From positions 7,418 to 71,417 of the forward strand of contig CAYHIR010000002.1 in the NCBI GenBank assembly GCA_964356815.1: a stretch of 64,000 nt of DNA. Reading direction: 5' to 3'. Position 1 is the stretch's first letter, and the number at the start of each line of letters is the position of its first letter. The position numbers and the translations under genes are program-made. This document shows positions 39,128 through 49,643 of the stretch, one piece after another. The DNA is from an uncultured Candidatus Saccharibacteria bacterium (lineage in GTDB: Bacteria; Patescibacteriota; Minisyncoccia; Phycocordibacterales; DATGWK01). The notes beneath the pieces were generated by a model. The model had not been told where the DNA came from, did not search any database, and saw nothing but the letters and a program-made list of their open reading frames with translations.

Positions 39128-39197
39128 ATAATGTATCGAAAAATGACTACGCAGGCCGAAAAGGCCGAGGACTAGGAAATTTCACCAGAAATTTCCG
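39128..39197. repeat. 70-bp palindromic repeat core (copy 2 of 2), without outer TIRs
   Basis: 69 of 70 nt identical to 27879-27948. Lies between trmD and the upstream KH-domain gene. Confidence 0.6.
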
Positions 39198-39233
39198 GTC
39201 ATTTTGAGATATTTTATTTACAAACGAAACTAA

Positions 39234-39545
39234 CTAAAGCTTGAGATCCGCCATCGCCTCATCTACCGTCTTCGAAGCCTTAACACCCTTTGTACTACCT
39301 TCAGGTTCGTTGATTTTTAGATTGACACGAGCGTTGTTTTTCATACCGACGACTCGGAGAAGGGTGCGGACGGCCTTTGCGGTGTTGCCTTCGCGACCGA
39401 TGACTTTGCCCATGTCGGCGGAGTGGACATCGAGGGTGAGGAGAACGCCCATTTCGTCTACCGTGCGCTGAATCTTGACATCATTTGGATTATCTACTAG
39501 AGATTTGATTACAAATTCCAAAAACTGTGCGTCGTTTTCCATCAT
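39234..39545 (-). CDS. KH-domain RNA-binding protein (YlqC/UPF0109 family)
   Basis: VIGREGNTAKAVRTLL KH motif. Lies between rpsP and trmD as in many bacteria. Confidence 0.75.
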   Translation of the reverse strand: MMENDAQFLEFVIKSLVDNPNDVKIQRTVDEMGVLLTLDVHSADMGKVIGREGNTAKAVRTLLRVVGMKNNARVNLKINEPEGSTKGVKASKTVDEAMADLKL

Positions 39546-39683
39546 ATTGGTTTGGGTTAGATCGTTAAATCAGTTAATTACCGATATTTGATTAAAAAGT
39601 CGGGCAGTAATGTAGGAATGTACTGCTATTAAAAGAGTACAAATAAAAGACGGCTTGGTCAACTGACTTAACCACAGGAGAAC

Positions 39684-40127
39684 TTAGGCGGCGACTTCAG
39701 CTGGAGCTGGTTCTGCAGGAGCAGATTCGATGGAGGCCTCTTGGGCGGCCTCGGCGACAGGAGCTTCGGCGACAGGAGCTTCGGCGCTAGCGGCTGGTGC
39801 CTCGGCGACAGCAACAGGAGCAGATGCAGCAGCGTCACCCTCTTTCTTAATCGGGCGTTTGAGAGGAAGAACGTTGATCTTTTTGCCGGCGATGACTTTT
39901 CGGGTGACCAAAAGATTGTGGACGGTGTCGGAAACTTGAACGCCTTTAGACATCCAGTGTTTGATTTTTTCGACATCAAAAGTGGCCTGTTCGGCGCGGC
40001 GAGAATCGAAAGAGCCGAGGACTTCGAGAGATTTGCCGCTCTTTGGACCATTTTTAGAGTCGGTCAAAACAAGCCGGAATGACGGCTCGTTCTTTCGTCC
40101 AACTCTCTGTAAACGGATTTTTAGCAT
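39684..40127 (-). CDS. rpsP: 30S ribosomal protein S16 with Ala/Pro-rich C-terminal extension
   Basis: MLKIRLQRVGRKNEPSFRLV S16 signature. C-terminal 60 aa are APAEV repeats. Confidence 0.9.
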   Translation of the reverse strand: MLKIRLQRVGRKNEPSFRLVLTDSKNGPKSGKSLEVLGSFDSRRAEQATFDVEKIKHWMSKGVQVSDTVHNLLVTRKVIAGKKINVLPLKRPIKKEGDAAASAPVAVAEAPAASAEAPVAEAPVAEAAQEASIESAPAEPAPAEVAA

Positions 40128-40175
40128 TCGGGTATGGTAACAGAAGATACAAAAAGGGTCAACGATGGCAACAAA

Positions 40176-40757
40176 CTAGCTTGTTGCCTGTAGACCCTTT
40201 CTTTTACCAAGCAAAATTGCTGCAACTATCGAATAATTGGCAACTATTATGTAAATCGGAAAGGCAAGAAGAATTGGATTGAGGCTTCCGACAGCGAGCA
40301 GGCCAAATATGCCTGATGTTCCAGACATAACGAAAGTGCTTGTGGTTTCTGTTTCGGGTTCTTGATACGCCTTGATGACAGTAAGAAATGTGCCGATCGC
40401 GTCAATGATGATGGCAATAAATAGAGCGTAGGCTGGCTCGTCTGTTAAATACCAAATCACTAAGCCGATACCCGCCGCAATTAGAGCTTTGATGTCTCGT
40501 TTTGTCAGACCGCCGACACCGTATTTAGTTGATAAGATAAAAACAATCAAAACCGCAAGTGTTTGACCGCCCGAAAGCCAAAGAGAATCTGTTGCGCCTT
40601 TTGCCAATTGAGAAAAGAAAGCGATTGAGGTGAGAACTGTCCAAATAAACCATGATGCGCGCTCGGGTTTTGTTTCTTTAAGAAAAATATCCCGAATATA
40701 AGGCGCGACCATTATTACACTGAGAAAGGCAGATATGTAGCCGAAGATTTGGAGCAT
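40176..40757 (-). CDS. hypothetical integral membrane protein (about 6 TM)
   Basis: Hydrophobic 193-aa ORF. No confident family assignment. Confidence 0.45.
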   Translation of the reverse strand: MLQIFGYISAFLSVIMVAPYIRDIFLKETKPERASWFIWTVLTSIAFFSQLAKGATDSLWLSGGQTLAVLIVFILSTKYGVGGLTKRDIKALIAAGIGLVIWYLTDEPAYALFIAIIIDAIGTFLTVIKAYQEPETETTSTFVMSGTSGIFGLLAVGSLNPILLAFPIYIIVANYSIVAAILLGKRKGLQATS

Positions 40758-40766
40758 GTTGATTAA

Positions 40767-41483
40767 TTATCTCTTTTCGGCTATCACAATGGCATCAGTT
40801 AGGTGTCGGAACGAAAGTGAGATATTAATAAACCCAGACTTCTCCAATAAGTTTATTTGATCACTTTCCGTCATTTTTATTTTGTCATCTTCTAAGTAGT
40901 GTTTTGTCCACTGTTCTGCGAGTTCGGGTTGACCTTTTTGGGTAAAAATTTTAAGAGCCTCTAATTGTGCATCGAGGTCTTTTTTGTGTGCCTCCAAATC
41001 GTTCTGAGCAATCTTATCTCCATTTATAAGCAGCCCTCCCGATTTCATTTTTTCACCAATTTTTCCAAATAGATTTTCTCGATACTCGGGAAGCATGTTA
41101 TGAATCGTAAATACAGAAACAAAAATGTCCAACTCATTTAGATTTTCTATTGCTTCTAGCAGATCAGACTCGATGAAATTAACTCTTTCTCCGTATTCCT
41201 TAAAAGATTCTCGAGCTTGATCCAACAACACAGGTTCATTATCAATAGCAAAAACACGAACTCTCGGATCAATATCTAAAAGAACTTTTGTCGTAAGGCC
41301 GGTCCCACAGCCACCTTCATATACATTAATTGGTCCCAAATAATCACTCGGATAACGAGACTTAATATATTTAGCTAATAGATTTCCTGCCTCTTGCTCA
41401 AAAGCATCATAATAAGGCGCGGCGAGTTTAAACATGTTGTAATCATGTCCGATCGATCCAGAAAATCTTTTATCTTGTTGCAT
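40767..41483 (-). CDS. class I SAM-dependent methyltransferase
   Basis: Motif I VYEGGCGTGLTT and post-I D-x-E (FAIDNEP). Confidence 0.7.
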   Translation of the reverse strand: MQQDKRFSGSIGHDYNMFKLAAPYYDAFEQEAGNLLAKYIKSRYPSDYLGPINVYEGGCGTGLTTKVLLDIDPRVRVFAIDNEPVLLDQARESFKEYGERVNFIESDLLEAIENLNELDIFVSVFTIHNMLPEYRENLFGKIGEKMKSGGLLINGDKIAQNDLEAHKKDLDAQLEALKIFTQKGQPELAEQWTKHYLEDDKIKMTESDQINLLEKSGFINISLSFRHLTDAIVIAEKR

Positions 41484-41487
41484 GGAT

Positions 41488-42189
41488 TTAGAAGAATGCC
41501 AGGAACTCTTTTGTTCGAGCTTCCTTAGGGTCCGAGAGTACTTCCTTACCCCCGATCTCGATTATTCGACCTTTATCCATGAAGACAATTTGGTCACTAA
41601 TACGTTTAGCAAAATGAAGAAGGTGTGTGACGGCCACAATTCCTGTTCCATTTGATCTTAACTTCTCAAGATATTTCACAACCGATTCGATTTGTTCAAT
41701 ATCAAGAGCAGAAGTTACTTCATCCAAAAGTAGGTAGCGTGGCTTAAGAGCTATAGCTCGTGCCAAAGCAGCACGCTGGCGCTGACCTAAAGAGGTTTGA
41801 TTTGGATACCGGTCAATAAAACCTTCCATGCCGAAAGCTGAAATTAATTCCCTAACTTCTGACTCACTTGATTTGTTTGATATGGTTATATTTTCACGCA
41901 AAGTAAGATGCGGCCACAAAAATAGCTGCTGGAAAACCATCGCGACCGATGAAGATGCGTGTGGTGTTAATTCACCATTAATAGGAAAAGAGAATTTTTT
42001 ATCATCAATAGTAATTTCACCTTTATCGGGAAACGCTGAGAATGCCATAACATTCAAGAGAGTTGTTTTACCGGCCCCACTAGGACCGATAAGAGAAGTT
42101 ATGGTCCCTGGCTTTACCTCAATATCCACTGATTCGAGTACAGTGGTCTTTTCTTGATTATATTTAGTAATATTTTTTGTGGTAAGCAT
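41488..42189 (-). CDS. ABC transporter ATP-binding protein (polar amino acid type)
   Basis: Walker A GPSGAGKTT, signature SLGQRQR and Walker B LLLDE. Confidence 0.85.
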   Translation of the reverse strand: MLTTKNITKYNQEKTTVLESVDIEVKPGTITSLIGPSGAGKTTLLNVMAFSAFPDKGEITIDDKKFSFPINGELTPHASSSVAMVFQQLFLWPHLTLRENITISNKSSESEVRELISAFGMEGFIDRYPNQTSLGQRQRAALARAIALKPRYLLLDEVTSALDIEQIESVVKYLEKLRSNGTGIVAVTHLLHFAKRISDQIVFMDKGRIIEIGGKEVLSDPKEARTKEFLAFF

Positions 42190-42190
42190 A

Positions 42191-42853
42191 TTAGTAATCT
42201 GAAAAATCTCTAGTGAATCGTTTCTTTAAAACAAATGCCGCATAGTTTATCGGTGCAAGAGTTATGATAAAGAAAACGGCAAGTGCTGTATAAATCTCAA
42301 TCGGTTTGTAGATTGCTGCGTTGATATTTTGAGCCACTCGAAGTATTTCTGGTACTGCAATCAAACTTGCAAAGAGAGTAGCTTGAATAATGAATATTTG
42401 GTTTGTCAGCAAAGAAGGAATGATCTGTCTAAAAATCATTGGAAATTGGATCTTATAGAATATCTGTTTTGGTGTTAATCCAGACATTTGTGCGACAAAA
42501 ATATACTGTCTAGGAAAATCCACCAGCACTCCTCGAATAAGCTCGGCAATCGCGGCAATATTAACCAAAGCAAGCGCAAAAACGGCTGTAGAAAAAGCAG
42601 ATATGGAGATCCCAAGAATAGTCTGAAACGGATAGTAAAACCAAAACAAAATTACCAATAACGGAATGCTCGCAAACACGAAAGAAGCGAGCCTAACAAC
42701 TACGCCAAATTCTTTGTAACGTGCACCCAGTGCTCCAAAAAGAATACCGAGGACAATACCAATAGCAGATGTTATCAGGAAAAGCTCAATCGTTACCCAT
42801 AATCCACTTAATAGCTGAGAGTGATAATTAATAATTATGTCGAGAACAGACAT
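42191..42853 (-). CDS. amino acid ABC transporter permease (HisM/GlnP family)
   Basis: 220 aa, five TM segments, EAA-like loop. Adjacent to the ATPase and binding protein. Confidence 0.75.
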   Translation of the reverse strand: MSVLDIIINYHSQLLSGLWVTIELFLITSAIGIVLGILFGALGARYKEFGVVVRLASFVFASIPLLVILFWFYYPFQTILGISISAFSTAVFALALVNIAAIAELIRGVLVDFPRQYIFVAQMSGLTPKQIFYKIQFPMIFRQIIPSLLTNQIFIIQATLFASLIAVPEILRVAQNINAAIYKPIEIYTALAVFFIITLAPINYAAFVLKKRFTRDFSDY

Positions 42854-42855
42854 TT

Positions 42856-43710
42856 TTATTTCGTGTAAGGTGGAGCAACTTGCAATGCAGTTGGATCATA
42901 CTTTTCGAGAATTTGTTTAACCGTTCCTGTGGTAATAAGCTCCTTTACAACAACATCGAGCATATTTTTAAGATTTGTTTCACCTAATTTAACTCCGATA
43001 GTTATTTCATAAATTCTCACAGGAGTATCAGACACCCTCTTAAGAGTTCCAGGGTTTGCTTTCGAGAATGCGAGAGCTGAAGCTGGTGGAAGAAACGTAA
43101 TATCAGCTTTGTTTGAGATGACTTGCAATGCAAGCTGATCAAAAGGAGCTGTTTGAGGAAGACTAACTCTCTGGGCACTTGAGAAAGTCTCTCTTGCAAT
43201 AGTATCGGCCAGTTCTCCATCGATGGTAGAAATTTTAATCTGGGATGAGTTAATTGCGTCAAGATTGTTATTGAACCTCTGATCATTATTTCTTGCATAT
43301 GCATAGATAGCGTCGTAATAAATTGGAGCACTGAAAGTTATGGCTTTTGAACGATCCGCGCTTGGCCAAAGGCCTGCATATAGATCATAACGACCCGCCT
43401 CAAGACTGGTTGATATAGTTCCGTATCCAGCCTCCTCAACCCACTCAACTTTTACGCCGAGTCTTTTTCCAACATCGTTTGTGAGGTCATAAAGGATTCC
43501 GGAAAGTTCGCCGTTTTTCGGGTCTTTAGCAATATAAGGAGCATAAACGATGTAGCCCGCCTTTAATGTGCCGGATGAGAGAATTTTATTGAAAGCGACA
43601 TCTGATACTGCGTTCTGCTTTGAGCCGCCGCCAAATGCAAGGAGGGACATAAGAAGAGCGACCGCTGCAAGACCAATGCCCACATATGAAAGCGTTTTGT
43701 TATTATTCAT
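42856..43710 (-). CDS. amino acid ABC transporter substrate-binding protein (family 3)
   Basis: N-terminal anchor/signal then SBP_bac_3-like fold. Start chosen at MNNNKT. Confidence 0.7.
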   Translation of the reverse strand: MNNNKTLSYVGIGLAAVALLMSLLAFGGGSKQNAVSDVAFNKILSSGTLKAGYIVYAPYIAKDPKNGELSGILYDLTNDVGKRLGVKVEWVEEAGYGTISTSLEAGRYDLYAGLWPSADRSKAITFSAPIYYDAIYAYARNNDQRFNNNLDAINSSQIKISTIDGELADTIARETFSSAQRVSLPQTAPFDQLALQVISNKADITFLPPASALAFSKANPGTLKRVSDTPVRIYEITIGVKLGETNLKNMLDVVVKELITTGTVKQILEKYDPTALQVAPPYTK

Positions 43711-43852
43711 AAACTTATAATTGTATTTTTTATAATGACCTGACACCGAACACCTAATATCCAACAAAATACCATGTTTTTGCAAAATCAGGAAGTTGTC
43801 TGCCCTTAAAACATAATTCTAATTTTCCCCCAACTCTGCTATAGTTTCCTCA

Positions 43853-45880
43853 ATGAAAGAAAGTGGTAAAAATGCCGGGCAGTCGCAAAGTCCACTCCAA
43901 GGCCTAGTATCCGTCAGCTCAAAAGGCATCGGGTATTTTCGTTTGCCGGAGGCGAAGGCGGATGATGAATCTGTCGAGATAGACACAGCCGGGCTCAAAA
44001 CAGCTCTCAATCGCGACCTCGTGGAGATAGTCCTCCATCCTGCCGTAGCTGGCCGAAAGCAGACGGGCGAAGTGGTGAAAATTGTAAAGCGCAATAAGAC
44101 GCGTTTTGTGGGTATTGCTCAGAAAAATGGTGGGCTCTATGTGGTGCCGGATGATCGCCGCATGTATCGCGACATTTTGATTACGGAAAAGGCGGCCGCG
44201 GCGAGTGGTGCGAAAGTTGGCGACAAAGTGCTCGCGCAGATTGTTGATTGGACCGACTCGGCGAAAAGTCCGATGGGTGAAATTGTTTCTGTTATTGGAC
44301 GCGCGGGCGAACACGATGCCGAGATGCGAGCGATCGTTGCTGAAAGCGGTTTTGATATTTCTTTTCCGCCAGAAGTGGAACACGAAGCAGAAACAATTGC
44401 CGCGGAGGAACGCGCCCGCCTCGACGAAGAAGTAAAACTCCGTCGTGATTTCCGCGACATCACCACCTTCACCATCGACCCTGCCGACGCAAAAGATTTT
44501 GACGATGCGCTTTCTGTGCGTGAGTTGAGCGCGGCAGAAGTGGCAAAAAAGTACGCCTCCCGCGGCGAAAATTCTCCCGGAAAAATTTACGAAATCGGCG
44601 TCCACATTGCCGATGTCTCCCACTACGTCCGCCCCGGCACAGCGCTCGACGATGAAGCAATAAAGCGCGGGCTTTCTGTGTATCTCGTTGATCGCACTAT
44701 CCCGATGTTGCCCGAAGTGCTTTCAAACGATCTCTGTAGCCTAAATCCAAATGTCCCCCGCCTATCTTTCAGCGCCGTTTTTGAGATGAACGGAGAGGGC
44801 GAAATTTTAAACGAATGGTTTGGCAAAACGGTCATCAATTCCGACAAACGCTTTAGCTATGAAGATGCGCAGAAAGTCCTCAATGCCGGCGCAGGAGAAT
44901 ATTTCGATGAACTTAGTTTGCTCAATCGCATTGCCAAAAAATTGCAGGCGAAAAAATTTGCGGCGGGAGCGATTGATTTTGAGACGGAAGAAGTGAAGTT
45001 TCGCCTCGACGAGCACGGCGTGCCAATAGAAGTGTATAGAAAAGAGCGACTCGAAACGCACAAACTGATCGAAGAATTTATGTTGCTCGCCAATCGCCGC
45101 GTGGCCGAGCATGTTTTCAAAGCAAATAAAAATAAAGGCGCGACGTTTATCTATCGCATTCACGATTTGCCAAACCCAGACAAAATTGCCGACCTCGAAA
45201 CTTTTCTTAAGGCGCTCGATATTGATCTCGTTGCCGGCGCGAGTGGCAAAAAAGGCAAAGGTTCGGGCAACATCAGCTCAAAAGATATAAATAATTTGCT
45301 CAAACGCATTGAAGGCACACCACACGAGTCGCTTATAAAGACAGCTGCCATTCGCTCGATGGCCAAAGCGATTTATTCTACAAAAAATATTGGTCATTTT
45401 GGTTTGGCTTTTGAATATTACACACACTTCACATCGCCGATTCGTCGTTATCCTGATCTTTTGGTGCATCGTTTGCTTCAACGCGAACTCACGGGCGGCA
45501 AAATCAAGCAAGATGAATTTGCTTTTTATGAACGCATTGCCGCCGACGCCTCTGAAAAAGAAATTTCTGCGTCTGAAGCTGAGCGCACATCTATTAAATA
45601 CAAACAAGTTGAATACATGTCGAAACACATCGGCGAAGTTTTTTCTGGCACGATCACCGGCGTGGCCGACTGGGGCATTTTTGTGGAAGAAAAAAATACT
45701 AAGTGCGAAGGTCTCGTGCGCATGCGCGATCTCGGCAACGACTTTTGGAATCTCGATAAAAAACGCTACGCAGTCATCGGCGAACGCACCAAAAAAACTT
45801 TTTCTCTCGGTGATGAAGTAAAATTTAAAGTTGTTGGTGCGGATTTGGAGAAAAGGATGTTGGATTATGTGTTTGTCTAA
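43853..45880 (+). CDS. rnr: ribonuclease R (RNB-family 3'-5' exoribonuclease)
   Basis: Cold-shock/OB N-terminus, RNB domain with DPADAKDFDDALSV, and a C-terminal S1 domain. Confidence 0.85.
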   Translation: MKESGKNAGQSQSPLQGLVSVSSKGIGYFRLPEAKADDESVEIDTAGLKTALNRDLVEIVLHPAVAGRKQTGEVVKIVKRNKTRFVGIAQKNGGLYVVPDDRRMYRDILITEKAAAASGAKVGDKVLAQIVDWTDSAKSPMGEIVSVIGRAGEHDAEMRAIVAESGFDISFPPEVEHEAETIAAEERARLDEEVKLRRDFRDITTFTIDPADAKDFDDALSVRELSAAEVAKKYASRGENSPGKIYEIGVHIADVSHYVRPGTALDDEAIKRGLSVYLVDRTIPMLPEVLSNDLCSLNPNVPRLSFSAVFEMNGEGEILNEWFGKTVINSDKRFSYEDAQKVLNAGAGEYFDELSLLNRIAKKLQAKKFAAGAIDFETEEVKFRLDEHGVPIEVYRKERLETHKLIEEFMLLANRRVAEHVFKANKNKGATFIYRIHDLPNPDKIADLETFLKALDIDLVAGASGKKGKGSGNISSKDINNLLKRIEGTPHESLIKTAAIRSMAKAIYSTKNIGHFGLAFEYYTHFTSPIRRYPDLLVHRLLQRELTGGKIKQDEFAFYERIAADASEKEISASEAERTSIKYKQVEYMSKHIGEVFSGTITGVADWGIFVEEKNTKCEGLVRMRDLGNDFWNLDKKRYAVIGERTKKTFSLGDEVKFKVVGADLEKRMLDYVFV

Positions 45881-45887
45881 GCGCACC

Positions 45888-45916
45888 TTGACAGAAAGAA
45901 TTTCATATGCTAGGAT
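45888..45916 (+). promoter_or_regulatory. sigma70-like promoter TTGACA-N17-TAGGAT
   Basis: Consensus -35 box and spacing, upstream of the SD-bearing ORF at 45989. Confidence 0.45.
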
Positions 45917-45988
45917 GGATTGGGATTTATTGAGCCATTTTGGTTCAAAATCTGCACATTCCAAACTTCAAACAAAGGGAGATAGGAC

Positions 45989-46516
45989 ATGAATCGCATG
46001 AACCTCGATAGAATGTATCAGATTCTTCAGGAAACCACTGTTCAGCTTCGAAAGGGCGAGGAAATCGAGGGCGACCCGAAACTCGTCGGTGCCGTCAAAA
46101 ACCTCAAAGAGGGCGACGACATCAGCAAACTCCCCGGCGGCGTGGTGCACATCTACGCCATGCCGCACGAGGCAGAAGCGAAGAATGGTGTTGAGAAAGT
46201 GGATTGCCACTTCATCATCATCGGTGTGGACAAAGCCAAAGCGAAGACGCACAAGGACGAACTCGTTGCCATCCTAAAGGACTGGCCCTCGGAAGCACAC
46301 GGTAGCACCATTCCAAAACTGTCGGAGGGTCCGAGCTACATCCATGTCGGTGGTGCGATCGGAAGCCAAGGGGCGGCGTTCCAGTTGTTCGCTCTCGGTA
46401 AGGTTCTCGGTCTCTGGGACATCATCACACCCGCAAAGCTCGGTATCACCGGACCTAATGCGGATCGGATGGCTGGTTCAGGATTCGTGATGATCGACGG
46501 TTTCAAGGCAGCATGA
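45989..46516 (+). CDS. hypothetical protein (GC-rich cassette gene)
   Basis: SD AAGGGAGA upstream. About 56% GC. Strong terminator downstream. No recognised family. Confidence 0.45.
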   Translation: MNRMNLDRMYQILQETTVQLRKGEEIEGDPKLVGAVKNLKEGDDISKLPGGVVHIYAMPHEAEAKNGVEKVDCHFIIIGVDKAKAKTHKDELVAILKDWPSEAHGSTIPKLSEGPSYIHVGGAIGSQGAAFQLFALGKVLGLWDIITPAKLGITGPNADRMAGSGFVMIDGFKAA

Positions 46517-46545
46517 CTCATCTTTCTGTTCTATAAATCAACCAT

Positions 46546-46583
46546 AGGCGCACGACTCTCGAGTATGTGCGCCTTTTATTTTG
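46546..46583. terminator. rho-independent terminator (bidirectional, between convergent genes)
   Basis: AGGCGCAC-loop-GTGCGCCT followed by TTTTATTTT. Confidence 0.65.
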
Positions 46584-48885
46584 CCACCGCGACGGCCTCG
46601 TCAAATTTTATAGAAAGCAATTTTGAAATGCCGGTCGCCATCGTCACGCCATAAAGCACGCCAGCGCGCGACATTGTTTCGCGATTGTGGGTGATAAGAA
46701 TGAGTTGAGAAAGTTTGGAAAGATTTTCGATCATGTCGCCGTATTTGCGCGAATTGGCTTCGTCGAGAGCAGCATCGGTTTCGTCGAGAATAATAAACGG
46801 TGGCGGCTTCACCTGCGACATGGCAAAAATGAGCGCGATGGATGTGAGCGCGCGTTCGCCACCAGAAAGCATCATGAGACCCTTCACCTTTTTCTTCGGC
46901 AAAGAAACACTGATGTCGATGCCGATATCTTCTGCTTCATCGCCTTCCATTTCGCCCATCACACTCGCACTTGCAACACCGCCCGATTCTAAATTTTCTC
47001 CGTCTAAGAGAGACGACAAATCAGTATCGCGCTTTTTGTGCTTCACAGGCCGCGAGACATCGAGCGACGCTGAGCCACCACCAAACATAAGGGTGAAAAA
47101 GTTTTGAAATTGTTTATTTATTTTCTCAATTCCCTCTTTAAATTCTGTTTCGATTTTTTCTTCGAGTTCGTCGATGAGTTTTTTGAGCGACTCCGACGAC
47201 TTTTCCAAATCCTCTATTTCGCGCATTAAAAACGTGTCGCGTTCAGAAACCTCTCTGTATTCTTTGAGAATTTCATCGCTCGATCCGAGGCCGCTGTCTT
47301 CTAAGCGAATTTTTATTTTTTCTATCGCTCGTCGGCGGTCTGCTTGAGCGGCGCGAGATTCGGCGGCACTAGCGACACCCTCGCCCACTGCAATCTCAAA
47401 ATTTTCATAATCCAAAACTTCGCGGCCGATGAGAGCACCGGCTTCGCCGAGTTCACGTTTAAAATCTTCGGTTTCGATTTTGAGTGTCTCTTCGCGAGCA
47501 GAAAAAGTGGCGAGTTCGGCTGTGAGCTGATTTTTCTTGGCGTGAATTTCAAAAACTTTTTTCTCGGCTTCGCGATTGCTGTCTTTTTCTTTTTCAATTT
47601 CATCTTGGAGAGCAGAATATTTGGCGGAAATTTTTACCTCATCGGCAGACAAAGCGGCAGAAATGCGCTCGAGCTCGGCTTTGCGCGCCAAAAGTTTTTC
47701 AATAATTTCTTTTGAGTCGTTTTCTGAAGCTACACCAGCAGACGATCGACTGTGCTCAACAACAAACTTTTTAAACATTTCGCGCACCGTGGAAATGATT
47801 TTTCGCAGAGCATTGATGTCGTTTTCGTTCGCCGCAGAAGTAGTTGCGCTTTCTATTTGCTCGGTGATTTTTTTGAGTTCGGAAAGAGGGACGGTCTGCG
47901 TTTCGCTGGCTTCTGCCATCTCTTTTTGTTTGGCTTGTAAGCGTTTTTCAGCCGAAAGCTCGCCTTCTACCTGGCCGAGCTCGCGAGCACGGGCGTCGCG
48001 TTCGGTGCGGATAGCGCGTAAATTTTCTTCGAGGGCGATTATTTCTTTGCTCTTGGCATCGAAAGTTTTTGATGATTCAAGAATCGTTTTTGCGGCCGCA
48101 AATTCTTTTTCGAGCCTGCGGAGCTCATCTAGTGCAGGCTTTTTTTCGTAATCAATTCGCACCCGCTCGCTGTCGAGAAAAATCTTTTCACGCTTGAAAT
48201 ATTCTTTGTAGAGCAATGCGAGCTGGGATTTTTGTTCTATCGCCTGCTCCACTTTTTCGACCTGTTTTTTGAGAAATTTGAGATGCGGCAAAATTTCGCG
48301 ACGCAAAGATTCTACGGACTTAATATTTTCCTCCGTTTTTTCGAGCTTTCGCTCGCTCTCTTGCCTTTTGTATTGATAAATTTTCAAGCCAAGCGCCTCT
48401 TCGATCATACTTTTGCGCTCTTTTGGATTGGAATTGAGCACGCGATCAGCTTCACCTTGAGAAATAATGTGGTGTCCTGATGGACCAATGTGCGCCACAG
48501 AAAGAAGCTCGATCACATCGCGAAGACGCACCACCGAGCCGTTGATCAAATATTCATTTACACCATCGCGATACACAATGCGCTCCACAGACACTTCGTC
48601 AAAATCAACATTCAAAAAACGGCGAGAATTATCGAAAATGATTTTCACTGCCGCGCGATTGCCGCGTGCTGAGTCGCCGCTACCGTTGAAAATGAGATCT
48701 TCACCTCTCTTACCACGCAAAGATTTTATAGATTGCTCGCCAAGTACAAAACGAAATGCCTCCGCGATATTTGATTTGCCCGAACCGTTTGGACCGACGA
48801 CAGCCGAAATTGGCACATTAAAATGAAGCTCGCTCTTTTTGGCGAAAGATTTGAAACCCGAAATTTCGAGAGACTTTAAGTACAT
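46576..48885 (-). CDS. smc: SMC-family chromosome segregation ATPase (short, 769 aa)
   Basis: N-terminal Walker A GPNGSGKSN, long coiled coils, C-terminal signature LSGGERALTSIALIFA and D-loop ILDETDAALD. Confidence 0.75.
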   Translation of the reverse strand: MYLKSLEISGFKSFAKKSELHFNVPISAVVGPNGSGKSNIAEAFRFVLGEQSIKSLRGKRGEDLIFNGSGDSARGNRAAVKIIFDNSRRFLNVDFDEVSVERIVYRDGVNEYLINGSVVRLRDVIELLSVAHIGPSGHHIISQGEADRVLNSNPKERKSMIEEALGLKIYQYKRQESERKLEKTEENIKSVESLRREILPHLKFLKKQVEKVEQAIEQKSQLALLYKEYFKREKIFLDSERVRIDYEKKPALDELRRLEKEFAAAKTILESSKTFDAKSKEIIALEENLRAIRTERDARARELGQVEGELSAEKRLQAKQKEMAEASETQTVPLSELKKITEQIESATTSAANENDINALRKIISTVREMFKKFVVEHSRSSAGVASENDSKEIIEKLLARKAELERISAALSADEVKISAKYSALQDEIEKEKDSNREAEKKVFEIHAKKNQLTAELATFSAREETLKIETEDFKRELGEAGALIGREVLDYENFEIAVGEGVASAAESRAAQADRRRAIEKIKIRLEDSGLGSSDEILKEYREVSERDTFLMREIEDLEKSSESLKKLIDELEEKIETEFKEGIEKINKQFQNFFTLMFGGGSASLDVSRPVKHKKRDTDLSSLLDGENLESGGVASASVMGEMEGDEAEDIGIDISVSLPKKKVKGLMMLSGGERALTSIALIFAMSQVKPPPFIILDETDAALDEANSRKYGDMIENLSKLSQLILITHNRETMSRAGVLYGVTMATGISKLLSIKFDEAVAVAK

Positions 48886-48940
48886 CTTTTAAACCGCGTC
48901 GGTGCGACACATTGCCGCACGACGCAGACACATCGCACCG

Positions 48941-49639
48941 CTAAAACTTTTTCGTCGTAAGCGCCTTTTCGGCCGCCGCTTGTTCGGCATCTTGTTTTGA
49001 TTTGCCTTCACCGGTCGCCACGAGTTCACTGCCGAGATACACACCGACGGTAAACTTTTTATCGTGATCAGGACCGGTCTCCTTCATTGTACGATATACA
49101 GGGGTCTGACTGGTAGCATCTTGTGCTTGTTCCTGAAAAAGACTTTTCGAGTCAATCCACTCACCTTTTTTAATAATGTCTTCAATGAGCGGTGAAATGT
49201 TGTCTAAAATAAATTTTTTAACCACGTCAAAACCCTGATCCATATAAATCGCGCCGATTATTGCTTCGAGAGTGTTGGCTAAGATAAATTGACGAGCCCG
49301 ACCTTCGGAATCTTTGGCCTCGCCGCGAGAAAGACGGAGAAAATCATTCACTTCGAGCTCTGTAGCTACGTGTGCGCAAGTGGTGGCATTTACGAGCGCC
49401 GAACGGTAGGCAGTGAGATCGCCTTCGTTGGCCTTTGGATATTTTTTGTAAAGAAAATCGGTAATAACGAGCTCGAGTACTGCATCACCCAAAAATTCGA
49501 GGCGTTCATTATGATCGTTCGCGGTGTCTTTGTTTTCGTTTATAAAAGAGCGGTGCGTAAAAGCCTGCTCTAAAAGAGCCTTGTTTTCAAAAGATATACC
49601 AATCTTTTTTTCAAAAATTCCGAAATCAATCTGAATCAT
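48941..49639 (-). CDS. rnc: ribonuclease III
   Basis: ERLEFLGDAVLEL signature plus a C-terminal dsRBD. Confidence 0.9.
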   Translation of the reverse strand: MIQIDFGIFEKKIGISFENKALLEQAFTHRSFINENKDTANDHNERLEFLGDAVLELVITDFLYKKYPKANEGDLTAYRSALVNATTCAHVATELEVNDFLRLSRGEAKDSEGRARQFILANTLEAIIGAIYMDQGFDVVKKFILDNISPLIEDIIKKGEWIDSKSLFQEQAQDATSQTPVYRTMKETGPDHDKKFTVGVYLGSELVATGEGKSKQDAEQAAAEKALTTKKF

Positions 49640-49643
49640 AAAC

